Origin: a virus
Taxonomy: Duplodnaviria; Caudoviricetes
IMG/VR virus record: IMGVR_UViG_3300048851_000236
Location: 1 to 54,784 of that record
Length of the DNA: 54,784 nucleotides
Strand: one strand, 5' to 3'
The notes beneath the pieces were generated by a model, which saw only the letters and a program-made list of their open reading frames with translations, was not told the origin of the DNA and ran no database searches. Shown in pieces: positions 27,708-36,811 of this stretch. Each line of letters opens with the position of its first letter. The first letter of the stretch is position 1. Position numbers and translations under genes: made by a program.

Positions 27708-28084
27708 TGACCTCCACCGAACCGTCCCGCCGGTCCTTCTTCGGCCATCTGGCGGGCGCCGTTGCAGCGACCGGTGTAGTCTATGGCTGCGTGGATACGA
27801 CGGCCCAAGCCGGCGAGGCGGTGAGCAGCTACCGCCTCGTCATGGGTCGCTATGCGGAAGTGGAGGCATCGCCTATCTGGAGCGATGTCGAGCGGTGGAA
27901 TGATGATGAGGCGGCTGCTCTCTCGCGGATGGCTGCGGCACCCGGTGACCTCCGTGACCTGCTGGCCAAGGTGGTGATCCTCGCTGAGCGTGCCGATGCG
28001 GGTCAGTGGAACCTTATGGATCCAGAGTACGACCTGTTCGCCTCAGTGCGGGAACAGGCGCTGGATCTGCTTCGATCGGCCTGA
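27707..28084 (+). CDS. Hypothetical protein with twin-arginine-like N-terminus
   Basis: SRRSFFGHLAGAVAA; GGAGG RBS; APGDLRDLLAKV motif. Confidence 0.65.
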   Translation: MTSTEPSRRSFFGHLAGAVAATGVVYGCVDTTAQAGEAVSSYRLVMGRYAEVEASPIWSDVERWNDDEAAALSRMAAAPGDLRDLLAKVVILAERADAGQWNLMDPEYDLFASVREQALDLLRSA

Positions 28085-28108
28085 ACGGCCAAACCTAAAC
28101 TGAGACAG

Positions 28109-28136
28109 AGGGCGTCCTTCGCGGGGCGCCCTTTTC
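28109..28136 (+). terminator. Intrinsic terminator closing the antirepressor operon
   Basis: AGGGCGTCC-TTCGC-GGGGCGCCCT plus TTTT. Confidence 0.7.
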
Positions 28137-28150
28137 ATTTGGAGGGCGCC

Positions 28151-31100
28151 ATGGCCAATCTGAGCCAAGTTACTGAGGCGGTATTCACCAGCCGCTTTGA
28201 GGATCAGACCACGGCTGGCGCTAATGCCGCAGCTCGGTCTCTCGATAGCTTAGGCAATGCCTTCGATGCGGTGGATGAGCGCCTGACGCGCAACACCCGC
28301 ACTGCGAAGACCTGGGTAAATCAGGCGGACGTGGTGACGCAGGCCGAGAACAGGCTGACCAGGGCGACCCGCGACCTTGAGGCCGCACGCCGTTCTCTGG
28401 CCACCAGCCCAGATGTGTCGGATGAGCAGAGAACCCGCACCATCCAGACGTTGGCGGAGCGCGTGCGTCAGGCGGAGGTCCGCTATAACGCGCTGAAGGG
28501 CTCCCAGTCCGACGCTGCCCAGGCTGCCAATGCCACCAGCTCTGCGCTGAAGCTCCAGGCCCACGAGTGGACCAACCTGATTGCGCAGGCGCAGGACTTT
28601 GTAGTCCAGGTCGGTTCGGGGCAGGGTATCTTCACGCCGCTGCTTCAGCAGGCGCCGCAGGCCACCGGCGCTGTGGGCGGTGTGGGCAGGGCAGTCCAAC
28701 TGGTAACGGGGCTATTTACCCCCTTCCGCGTCGCCATGGTCGCCGCCACGGCTGCCAGCGCGGCGGTCGCCCTGTCCTACAACAGTCAAGAGGGCGCGCT
28801 GGCGGCGATGCAAACGCGCCTGCGTGGCGTGACATCCGATTATGCCGCGATGGGCCGCCAGGCGGAGGCAGCGGCGAAGGCAGCCGTGCTGGCCACCCCC
28901 GGCCTCTCCATCGACACGGCCCGATCGGCGCAGATTGCCTTCGCTGGCGCCGCGCCGCGCAACAGTGGCCTCGACTTTGGCGCCCTGACGCGCCAAGCGG
29001 CTGACTTCGCAGCCACCATGGGCATCGATGTCGCCGCCGGCGTGGACCGCTTTGCCCAGGGCATGCGCGATCCGGTGGCGCTGGTGGACGAACTGGCGAG
29101 GCAACACTTCCCTGGCATGAATGAGCAGCTGCGCCTGACTGCGCAGCGCCTCGTCGAGGGTGGGCAGCGCGGCGATGCCTTCGCGCTGGTGATCGGCCGG
29201 GTAAATGAGCAGACGGCCGGTGCCGCCAAGGACGGCCTGTCGCCCTTCGCCAGTGCAATGGACACGCTGGGGCGCCGCCTAAAGGAGCTAGGACAGGAGA
29301 TCGGCGACTTCCTGGCCACACCAGGGCGCCAACTCGCCGAATGGATGACCCGCCGCCTCGGCAATGTGAGCGAGGGCGGCATGTTCGATCCCTCGCTGGG
29401 TTCCTCCACCGGCATCGGTCGCTGGCTGGGGTGGGAGCCATGGGGCGGGAGCCGCGCGCCGGATCCGGCTGCACAGGCCGCGCAGAGCGCGTCTCAGGTC
29501 GAGATCCAGGAGATGATCCGGCAGGAGGCCCTCCGTCAGGGGCGCTCGCCGGAGTTCATGCTGCGCATCGCGCGGAACGAAAGCGGCTTTCGCCAGTTTG
29601 GCTCCGACGGTCAGGTGCTGAACAACGAGGGTGCGCTGGGCGCCTTCCAGATCCGCACGCCGGCTGCGCAGGATGCAGCCAGGGCGCTGGGCATGTCGGG
29701 CTTTGACCGGCTGACCCCAGCCGGCAACATCCGCATGGGCGTCTGGTATGCTGGGCAGCGCCTGGATGCTGCCGGCGGCGACGAGCGGCAGGCGGCCTTC
29801 CGCTACAACCAGGGCGACACGGGCTACGAGCGGGCAGTGGCAGGCCAGAACCCGCGCGCTCTGGCTGGCGGCCAGGACTACCTGCGGAAGTTCGATCAGC
29901 CGCTGACCATTGAGGCACGCGCTGTCACCCTGGACACCTCTGGCGCCACTGCGGCTGGCCGCGTGGGCGCGCGAGAGGGCGATAAGCAGTTTGGGCCGCC
30001 ATCGCCGAGCGATGACGTAAATAGCGCGCTCAGAATGGCTCGCGGCGAGGCGGCCGTCCCTGGTCAGGTGGGCACCTCCCTGGCGACGCAGCGAGCGGGC
30101 TTGGAAGAGGCCATCGCGCTTGCGGAAAGGGCCAAGGAAGCGGCTGTCGGCAATACTCAGGTGCAGGAGAGCCTGACGGTTGCGCAGGAGAAATGGCGCG
30201 CGACGCTTGAGGGGCTGAGGGGGCCCCAGGAAGAAGTTCTGCGCGGCCTCCAGCGCGCCTCCGAGAGCGCTCACACCTACGATCCGGCTCAGCGGGCGGT
30301 AAACGAAGCCATCCGCGACTATGAGGATCGTATGCGTGCGGTGGGCCAGTTGCCCACGGATGCCGGTCGGGAGGCTGTGCGAACCGCAAAGCTGAATGAG
30401 CTGAGCGCGGCCTACTTCGCGGCGGGACGCGAGGTGGACCGCTCCATCCAGAGCCAGGACCGCCTTGCGGTGGCATGGGGCGAGGGCCGCGAGGCCGTGC
30501 AGCGCCTGACGGCTGAAGAGAAGGCGCGCGAGGCGGTTCGCGTGTCCGGTATCGAAGGCGACGAGGCTCAGAAGGCGGCCGTCAAGGGCCTCGCCGACGA
30601 GTATGAGCGGCTAACCCAGAAGCAGGCCGACAACGCTCTGCGAGCCTCCAACGACGCGGCTCAGCGCAACCTCGACTACCTGGACAAGGAACGGCAGTTG
30701 GTCGGCGCCACGGCCGACGAGCGCGAGCGCGAGCTCGCGGCATACCGGGCGCGGCAGAATGCTGTGGCGTCTGGCGCCAAGGATGAGGACGCCATCACCA
30801 AGGCGCAGCAGCTTGCGCGCCAGACGGTGGATGCGAACAACAAGACGCAGCAGCTGCGCAATAGCTGGCAGGCCATTCCCGGCTTCGTGGAAGAAACCGC
30901 CAGCACCATCAAGGGTGCGTTGGTCTCGGCTATTGCGGCCGGCGAGGCGGGCTCTATCCGCCTCGGCAACATCTGGCGTGCCATTAAGGCCAGCCTGATC
31001 GGCACCATTGCCGAGTTGGCCAGCAACCAGTTCCTGAACGGCGCCTTCGGCGGCACCCGGCCGACCCTCGGCGGCATCATGACGGTGCTAGGCGGCACTG

Positions 31101-33256
31101 GCGCGGCGGGCGGCACTGCGACCAGCGCCTCCGGTGGCGTGTCCACTTTCGACGCGGCCAGCGGCATCTTCAAGCTAAGTGGCGGCGCCGGCGGCAGCAC
31201 GGTCGGCGGCATGGTCAACAGCTTCGACAACTGGGCGGCTGGTAGCGGCCTGTTCGCGTCGACTTCCGCGCCTACATCCGCCTCGGCAGCGGCTGGCCTG
31301 GCAGGCGCGGATCCCAATGCGGTCGCCGGCCTCGCCAGCAACAATGGCACGCTCTTTGGCACCGCCTCCGGCACCATCGGCGGCGTCGCTGGCGTGGCGG
31401 GAGGTGGCTACGCCCTCTACTCCGGCCTGAAGCGCGGTGGCGTTGGCGGCTATACACAGGCCGCCGGCGGCATCGCTGGTGTCGTAGGCGGCCTGGGCAC
31501 CCTGGCTGCTGCCGGCGGCGCGGTGGGCGGTGGCATTGCCGCTGCGGCACCCTGGCTGGCTGCTGCTGGCCCTTATGGCCTGGCCGCCGCGGCGGTGCTG
31601 GCCATCGTCGGCTCGCTGCTGCCGGGCCAGAAGCCCAGCGACATGACGGGCGTGTACCGCGGCAATCTGCACTCGGACACGTCAGAGGTCGGCGGCCTGA
31701 CTGGTGATCGCTTCAGCCAAGCGAACAGGGATCTCGCCACGCAGGTGGGCGAGCAGGTCAAGACCCTGGCGCAGGGGCTGCAAACCGTCACTGGCGCCTC
31801 CGCCATCCCGTTCAACTACGAGATCAAGGCGGGCAACAGGGACGGCATCGCGGCGCTGTATGGCGCGGATGGTGGCAAGTGGCACGAGTACGAGCGGAAC
31901 GAAGAAAGCGTCCAGCAACTCGTCCAGGATATGACGCAGGCCCTGATCGACAGCATGAAGGGGCTGGCCTCGGCGGAAGTGCAGTCGGTCATCACGCATA
32001 GCAATGGCACCGAAGACGTTCTGCAAAATTTGGATTGGTACAACGGCACCTACCGTCCGATGACCGCCGGCGCCAAGGGCGACCCGATCACGCAGTGGCA
32101 GCAGCAACTCGAAACCCTGGTGAAGCCGATCGATGAGGCGATCGCCAAGGCCAAGAGCCTGGGCATTGCCGAGGACGATCTGAACTTGGTGCGCCAGAAG
32201 AGCGTCGACGGGTTGATCAAGCAGCGCGAGGCGACGCTCCAGGGGCTGCAAGAGGGCGACGAGCAGCGGCGCGCTGTGGCCAACGGCGTCGACGAGGTGA
32301 CGCTGCGCATCCAGAACTGGGCGAAGACCTCACAGGCCGAGGTGACCGCCCTGAACGACAGCCTGATCCAGATGGGGCTGAGCCAGGAGGAGCGCACGCC
32401 CTTCATCAACAGCAGGTGGCAGACCCTGGACGCCGAGTACCAGGGGCTGCTGCGTCAGCAGGGGCAAACGGGGGTGTCCGAAGCGGCGGCGAAGGGGGCG
32501 CAGGACCAGCAGACGCGCGCGGGATACTGGCAGGCGTCGCGCTCGGCCGAGGGGCGCGATTACATCAGCTCCGTCGAGGGCGTGCGGACCAACTGGGCGG
32601 AGAATGGCGCTTCCTATGCCGCGCTCGGCCTCGATCCGGATCGGCTCTACTGGCAGCAGCTTCAGTCCGAACTGAACGGGCTGAGCAATGATCAGCTGCG
32701 GGACGTGGCCACATCCTTCCGGGGCGTGGATGACGCGGCGGCCGATCTCGCCGAACAGATGCTGGCCCTGGGCGGCAGCGCCGCGCAGGTGGCGGAGGAT
32801 TTGGCCAAGCGCCAGCAGGCTGAGCAGGGCGTGGTAGGCGTCCTCGGCAGCATCACCGACTTCATCCAGTCGATGCAGACGGATGACAGTTCCTTGTTGT
32901 CTCCGCAGGCGAAGCTGGGCCTGCTGGAACGTGACTTCAGTGACCTGGGCAGCCGGGCTGTGGCAGGCGATTTCGACGCGATCAGCGCGTTGCCCTCGGC
33001 TGCCGGCGACTACCGGAATGCGGCGCGGGAATACTACGGGTCGAGTGCAGGGTTCGGCGCAGCACAGGACCGTATCCTGTCGGTGTTTGAGAGTGTCGGA
33101 AGTATCCCGGTCGAGACACTCACCAATTCCGCCATGGCGAGCATCATGAAGGACACCACAGAAAAGCTGGGCGACCGCGTGGTGGCTTCGCAGAACGACC
33201 TTCGGACAGAGATCCGGCTGCTCAGGCTGGAGATCAGCGCATTGGTGGCCGACTGA
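28151..33256 (+). CDS. Tape measure protein with internal lytic transglycosylase (SLT-like) domain
   Basis: ~1700 aa helical; QDFVVQVGSGQ...LLQQ lambda-type TMP motif; IARNESG...GALGAFQI...NIRMG...YNQG SLT motifs. Confidence 0.92.
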   Translation: MANLSQVTEAVFTSRFEDQTTAGANAAARSLDSLGNAFDAVDERLTRNTRTAKTWVNQADVVTQAENRLTRATRDLEAARRSLATSPDVSDEQRTRTIQTLAERVRQAEVRYNALKGSQSDAAQAANATSSALKLQAHEWTNLIAQAQDFVVQVGSGQGIFTPLLQQAPQATGAVGGVGRAVQLVTGLFTPFRVAMVAATAASAAVALSYNSQEGALAAMQTRLRGVTSDYAAMGRQAEAAAKAAVLATPGLSIDTARSAQIAFAGAAPRNSGLDFGALTRQAADFAATMGIDVAAGVDRFAQGMRDPVALVDELARQHFPGMNEQLRLTAQRLVEGGQRGDAFALVIGRVNEQTAGAAKDGLSPFASAMDTLGRRLKELGQEIGDFLATPGRQLAEWMTRRLGNVSEGGMFDPSLGSSTGIGRWLGWEPWGGSRAPDPAAQAAQSASQVEIQEMIRQEALRQGRSPEFMLRIARNESGFRQFGSDGQVLNNEGALGAFQIRTPAAQDAARALGMSGFDRLTPAGNIRMGVWYAGQRLDAAGGDERQAAFRYNQGDTGYERAVAGQNPRALAGGQDYLRKFDQPLTIEARAVTLDTSGATAAGRVGAREGDKQFGPPSPSDDVNSALRMARGEAAVPGQVGTSLATQRAGLEEAIALAERAKEAAVGNTQVQESLTVAQEKWRATLEGLRGPQEEVLRGLQRASESAHTYDPAQRAVNEAIRDYEDRMRAVGQLPTDAGREAVRTAKLNELSAAYFAAGREVDRSIQSQDRLAVAWGEGREAVQRLTAEEKAREAVRVSGIEGDEAQKAAVKGLADEYERLTQKQADNALRASNDAAQRNLDYLDKERQLVGATADERERELAAYRARQNAVASGAKDEDAITKAQQLARQTVDANNKTQQLRNSWQAIPGFVEETASTIKGALVSAIAAGEAGSIRLGNIWRAIKASLIGTIAELASNQFLNGAFGGTRPTLGGIMTVLGGTGAAGGTATSASGGVSTFDAASGIFKLSGGAGGSTVGGMVNSFDNWAAGSGLFASTSAPTSASAAAGLAGADPNAVAGLASNNGTLFGTASGTIGGVAGVAGGGYALYSGLKRGGVGGYTQAAGGIAGVVGGLGTLAAAGGAVGGGIAAAAPWLAAAGPYGLAAAAVLAIVGSLLPGQKPSDMTGVYRGNLHSDTSEVGGLTGDRFSQANRDLATQVGEQVKTLAQGLQTVTGASAIPFNYEIKAGNRDGIAALYGADGGKWHEYERNEESVQQLVQDMTQALIDSMKGLASAEVQSVITHSNGTEDVLQNLDWYNGTYRPMTAGAKGDPITQWQQQLETLVKPIDEAIAKAKSLGIAEDDLNLVRQKSVDGLIKQREATLQGLQEGDEQRRAVANGVDEVTLRIQNWAKTSQAEVTALNDSLIQMGLSQEERTPFINSRWQTLDAEYQGLLRQQGQTGVSEAAAKGAQDQQTRAGYWQASRSAEGRDYISSVEGVRTNWAENGASYAALGLDPDRLYWQQLQSELNGLSNDQLRDVATSFRGVDDAAADLAEQMLALGGSAAQVAEDLAKRQQAEQGVVGVLGSITDFIQSMQTDDSSLLSPQAKLGLLERDFSDLGSRAVAGDFDAISALPSAAGDYRNAAREYYGSSAGFGAAQDRILSVFESVGSIPVETLTNSAMASIMKDTTEKLGDRVVASQNDLRTEIRLLRLEISALVAD

Positions 33257-34836
33257 TGGCCGAGACAGAATGGCTGCTGGAACTGGGCTCAGCGCCCATG
33301 CCGGTCATCGTGCGTCGGGCTGTCCAGAACCAGCCCGGCATGCATGCGGTCGGGGCCCGGCCGCGCCAGCCAGTGGCCGGCGGGACCGGCGCCACCCTGC
33401 GCTACAGCCAGCGTGACTGGATTGGGGAGCCGGGTGACGCGGCCATGCCGAATGTGGCGTACCCTGGCCGCCTCCAGGAGCCGCCGACTTTGGCGCGGTC
33501 CATCCGACTGCTGCCGGAGGAGAGCGCCAGGCGGACCTTTCAGGCCGGCGAGGTGCGGCTCGATAACGCGGACGGGCGGCTGGATGAGGTGACCGGCGAC
33601 TGGACTATGGCGGGCCGTCCTGCGGTCCTGCTGCGCGGTCCACATCGCGCCCCACTGCGCGCCGCTTACAGCGCATTCGAGCGGGTTGCCGAACTGCGCA
33701 TCACTGGCGCGGCGATTGGTGCCACGGGGCGGGTGACGATCGGGCTGCGGGAGGCGGCGCGGGATCTCGCCGTGCCGGTCAGCAGCCCCTACGCAGGAAC
33801 CGGCGGGTTGGAGGGCGATGCGGCGCTCAAGGGCCAGATGCGGCCGATGCTGTACGGCGCCAAGCGCAACGTGCCGGTGGTGCCGTTGATGGCGCCGCAA
33901 CTTGTCTACCAGATCTCAGGCCGGGAGTTGGCCATCGTCTCCGGCGTGCGCGACGGCGGGGCTATTCTGGACCCCGCTGGAAACTACCCAACGGCCGCGG
34001 CGCTGCTCACCGCGATCCTGCCCATCAGCACCTACGCTACTTGCCTGCCCTTGGGACTGATCCGCCTGGGCAGCCCACCGGAACGGCAGGTCACGGTAGA
34101 CGCGATCGGGGCCGGAACTCAGACCCATGCCGGCATCGCCCTGGCATTGCTTTCGGGGCCGGGCGGGCTGCCTGGCGACCGGATCGACGACGCCAGTTTC
34201 ACCGGCTCGCTGCCGGGCGGGCTTGCGGGCTTTCTCTTTAAGGCCGGGACCGTCGAGGCGGCGCTCAACGAGGTCACGGGAAGCTGCGCGGCATGGTGGG
34301 GCTCTGACCGGATGGGGCGGATTGTCGCCGGCCGGTTGTTTCGCCCGGAGGCATCTCCGCCGGCACACGCTATCGCGCGCTGGATGCTGGATGGCGAGCC
34401 ATCAGAGGTGGAGGGCGCGCCACCCCGCTGGCGGCAACGGGTAGCCTATCAGGTCCTGGGTCTCGTGCAGAGCGCCACCGACCTCAACGGCATTGCTGCG
34501 GCCGACCAAGCGGCGGTCGCCGTCTATGGCACCGCGCAGCAAGTCGAGACCGCCTTGGACCCTTCGGTCCTGACAGCCTACCCCTCTGCGACTGATCCGG
34601 AGCCGCTGGTCAGCGGGTTCGATCTCGCGGCCGATGCTCAGGCACAGGCCGCCTACCTGATGTCGCTCCATGGTGTCCGACGCCGCCGTTGGCGTGTGCC
34701 GCTGGGCCAGTGGGGCGCGGCTATCGATGTGGGCCAGTCTGTCAGCGTGGACCACCCGCGCCTCGCCGGCCGCAACTGGATTGTCACCGCCATGGATGAG
34801 GCGGGCGACACCAAAACCCTGACCCTGTGGGGATGA
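33256..34836 (+). CDS. Tail tip/hub protein
   Basis: Follows TMP; LDNADG, YAGTGGLEG...KGQMRPMLYG. Confidence 0.75.
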   Translation: MAETEWLLELGSAPMPVIVRRAVQNQPGMHAVGARPRQPVAGGTGATLRYSQRDWIGEPGDAAMPNVAYPGRLQEPPTLARSIRLLPEESARRTFQAGEVRLDNADGRLDEVTGDWTMAGRPAVLLRGPHRAPLRAAYSAFERVAELRITGAAIGATGRVTIGLREAARDLAVPVSSPYAGTGGLEGDAALKGQMRPMLYGAKRNVPVVPLMAPQLVYQISGRELAIVSGVRDGGAILDPAGNYPTAAALLTAILPISTYATCLPLGLIRLGSPPERQVTVDAIGAGTQTHAGIALALLSGPGGLPGDRIDDASFTGSLPGGLAGFLFKAGTVEAALNEVTGSCAAWWGSDRMGRIVAGRLFRPEASPPAHAIARWMLDGEPSEVEGAPPRWRQRVAYQVLGLVQSATDLNGIAAADQAAVAVYGTAQQVETALDPSVLTAYPSATDPEPLVSGFDLAADAQAQAAYLMSLHGVRRRRWRVPLGQWGAAIDVGQSVSVDHPRLAGRNWIVTAMDEAGDTKTLTLWG

Positions 34837-34840
34837 CCTG

Positions 34841-35665
34841 ATGACTGTTGCTCTGCTGGACGGTGTGACCGTCATGAGTACGACCGGTGGCACCGGGGCG
34901 GCGCAGATCGCCGGTCCCGCGCCCGGATACCTCGCTCCGTTCGCGGCGGGTGGCGTCGCAGGACAGCAGTACGGCTGGAAGCGAGAAAGCCAGGACGGAC
35001 AGCGGTGGGAGATGTTCATTGGCGCCCTGACCGCCGGCACCCCCACGACGATCTCGCATGACGAGGTGGTGCTGAACCACGCAGGCGGCCAGACGGCGGT
35101 GAACTGGGAGGCCGGCGAGGTCACGTACATTACCTGCGTGGCCCTCTCCAGGTACTTCCAGTACGGCGGCAATCCGTCAGCCTGGGATCGGCTGTCGGTT
35201 GATGTGATCGCCTCGCCGGTGAGCGGCCTGATCAAGACGCTGCCTCCTGGCTACAGCCGCTTCCGGATCGCCTACCAGGATGTCACTCCGGCGGCCGGTG
35301 CGGTGGACCTGTACTTCCGCTTGATCGTGGGTGGCCTCGTCCTGCAAGGCGCGAACGACTACCCGTATCGCCAAACAATCTCCGGCGGCGCCACCATCAC
35401 GCCGTCCGGTGGCGCGATCAACTATGGCAGGGTCGCGCCAGGATCGCCCGGCTCGGCAGCCGGCGATTTGGAGTTCTGTCCCAGCGGGGTACGGGCGTGG
35501 TGGGCCAGGGCGCATGTCCGTGACGGCAATGCGGTGCATGCCGGCTTCGAAGCGTCGGGCTGGGTGCCCGGCACTTCGTCTGGCTATGCGGACCAGATCG
35601 CTCTGGCCTTCGTGAACACCAACATCGCCGCCGGGCGGTTCTCGCTGTGGGGAGCGCTGGGATGA
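34841..35665 (+). CDS. Tail-associated protein
   Basis: Position; beta-rich composition. Confidence 0.65.
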   Translation: MTVALLDGVTVMSTTGGTGAAQIAGPAPGYLAPFAAGGVAGQQYGWKRESQDGQRWEMFIGALTAGTPTTISHDEVVLNHAGGQTAVNWEAGEVTYITCVALSRYFQYGGNPSAWDRLSVDVIASPVSGLIKTLPPGYSRFRIAYQDVTPAAGAVDLYFRLIVGGLVLQGANDYPYRQTISGGATITPSGGAINYGRVAPGSPGSAAGDLEFCPSGVRAWWARAHVRDGNAVHAGFEASGWVPGTSSGYADQIALAFVNTNIAAGRFSLWGALG

Positions 35666-35991
35666 TCTCCACGAGCCCAGACTTCGTTTACATCAATGGC
35701 GAAATCGTCCAGTTGGACGACGATACGCGTGCGGCGTTGCGCGTGGATGACCTGCCGCCGCCCGTTCCGATGTCGATCACGCCGCTTCAGGCCCGGCGCG
35801 CCCTGCGCCAGGCGGGGCTGCTGACCAAGATCCAAGAAGCCATCGTTGCCGCGGGCGAGGAAGCCCAGGAGGCCTGGGACTATGCGCTGGAGGTCCGGCG
35901 TGATGATCCCACGCTCATTGCCGTCGCGGCACAGATCGGCATGACCCCCGCCGAGATCGACGCGCTGTTCCGCGCGGCTGCGCAGGCCTGA
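35662..35991 (+). CDS. Tail fibre assembly-like small protein
   Basis: SITPLQARRAL...WDYALEVRRDDP...IDALF motif. Confidence 0.75.
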   Translation: MISTSPDFVYINGEIVQLDDDTRAALRVDDLPPPVPMSITPLQARRALRQAGLLTKIQEAIVAAGEEAQEAWDYALEVRRDDPTLIAVAAQIGMTPAEIDALFRAAAQA

Positions 35992-35995
35992 AGCG

Positions 35996-36811
35996 ATGCC
36001 CTCACTCATCTCCGGCCTGAACCTGGCAGAACTGCCGACCGTGTCGATCACGACCAACAGTGAGGTCGCGGGCCTGGGCGTGCGATCCCTGCTGACGGAG
36101 CGTCTCGGTGAAGTCTGGCGCACTGGGCCCGGCACCACGCGCACGCTTTGGCTCGATCTGGGCGCCGTGGTGTGGGTGCGGACTGTCGCGCTCTTTGCCC
36201 CGCGCGATGGCGTGCTGCCGGAGGCGACCGCCACCGTGGACCTGTCCCTCTCGGCCATCGCCAAAGGTGGAGACGAGCTTGGCAAGGCCGGCGACCTTCT
36301 TGTGGTGGACGCGGCTGGACGGATCATGACCGACATGGCGGGCGCCGATTTCGTCGTGCGTGCCGGCAAGGCTTTCTCCCTGCCGCGCGGCCTGTGGTGT
36401 TGGGTGCTGCCCGAGCCCGCCAGACTTCGCTTCGTCCAGATCGTCATCACGAGCGCGCAGCCTTACTTGCAGTTCAGCAGACTGTGGGTAGGGCCTGCGC
36501 TGCTGCCACTACGTAACCCCGCTGCTAGTGGCTACTCGCCCGGCGGCATTGACGACAGCGCCAGCCTGCCACGGCGGACCGCCAGGTTCACGTTGCCCGC
36601 GCTGAGCGAGAGTGAGGCGGACGCGCTGGAGACCATCGCGCTGGAAGCCGGCACACAGCGGCAGGTCTTCGTGGTGCCGCGCACCGAGCGCGCTGACCGC
36701 ACCGGCCTGTTCGGCAAGTTCACCACGATCCCGATGCCGGCACCGCAGCAGGCATGGAATGACCGCGGCCTGATCTACGCCGTCGATATCGCTGCCGAGG
36801 AGGATCGCTGA
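35996..36811 (+). CDS. Distal-tail-like protein
   Basis: VWRT...LWLDLG...RLWVGP pattern; position. Confidence 0.6.
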   Translation: MPSLISGLNLAELPTVSITTNSEVAGLGVRSLLTERLGEVWRTGPGTTRTLWLDLGAVVWVRTVALFAPRDGVLPEATATVDLSLSAIAKGGDELGKAGDLLVVDAAGRIMTDMAGADFVVRAGKAFSLPRGLWCWVLPEPARLRFVQIVITSAQPYLQFSRLWVGPALLPLRNPAASGYSPGGIDDSASLPRRTARFTLPALSESEADALETIALEAGTQRQVFVVPRTERADRTGLFGKFTTIPMPAPQQAWNDRGLIYAVDIAAEEDR

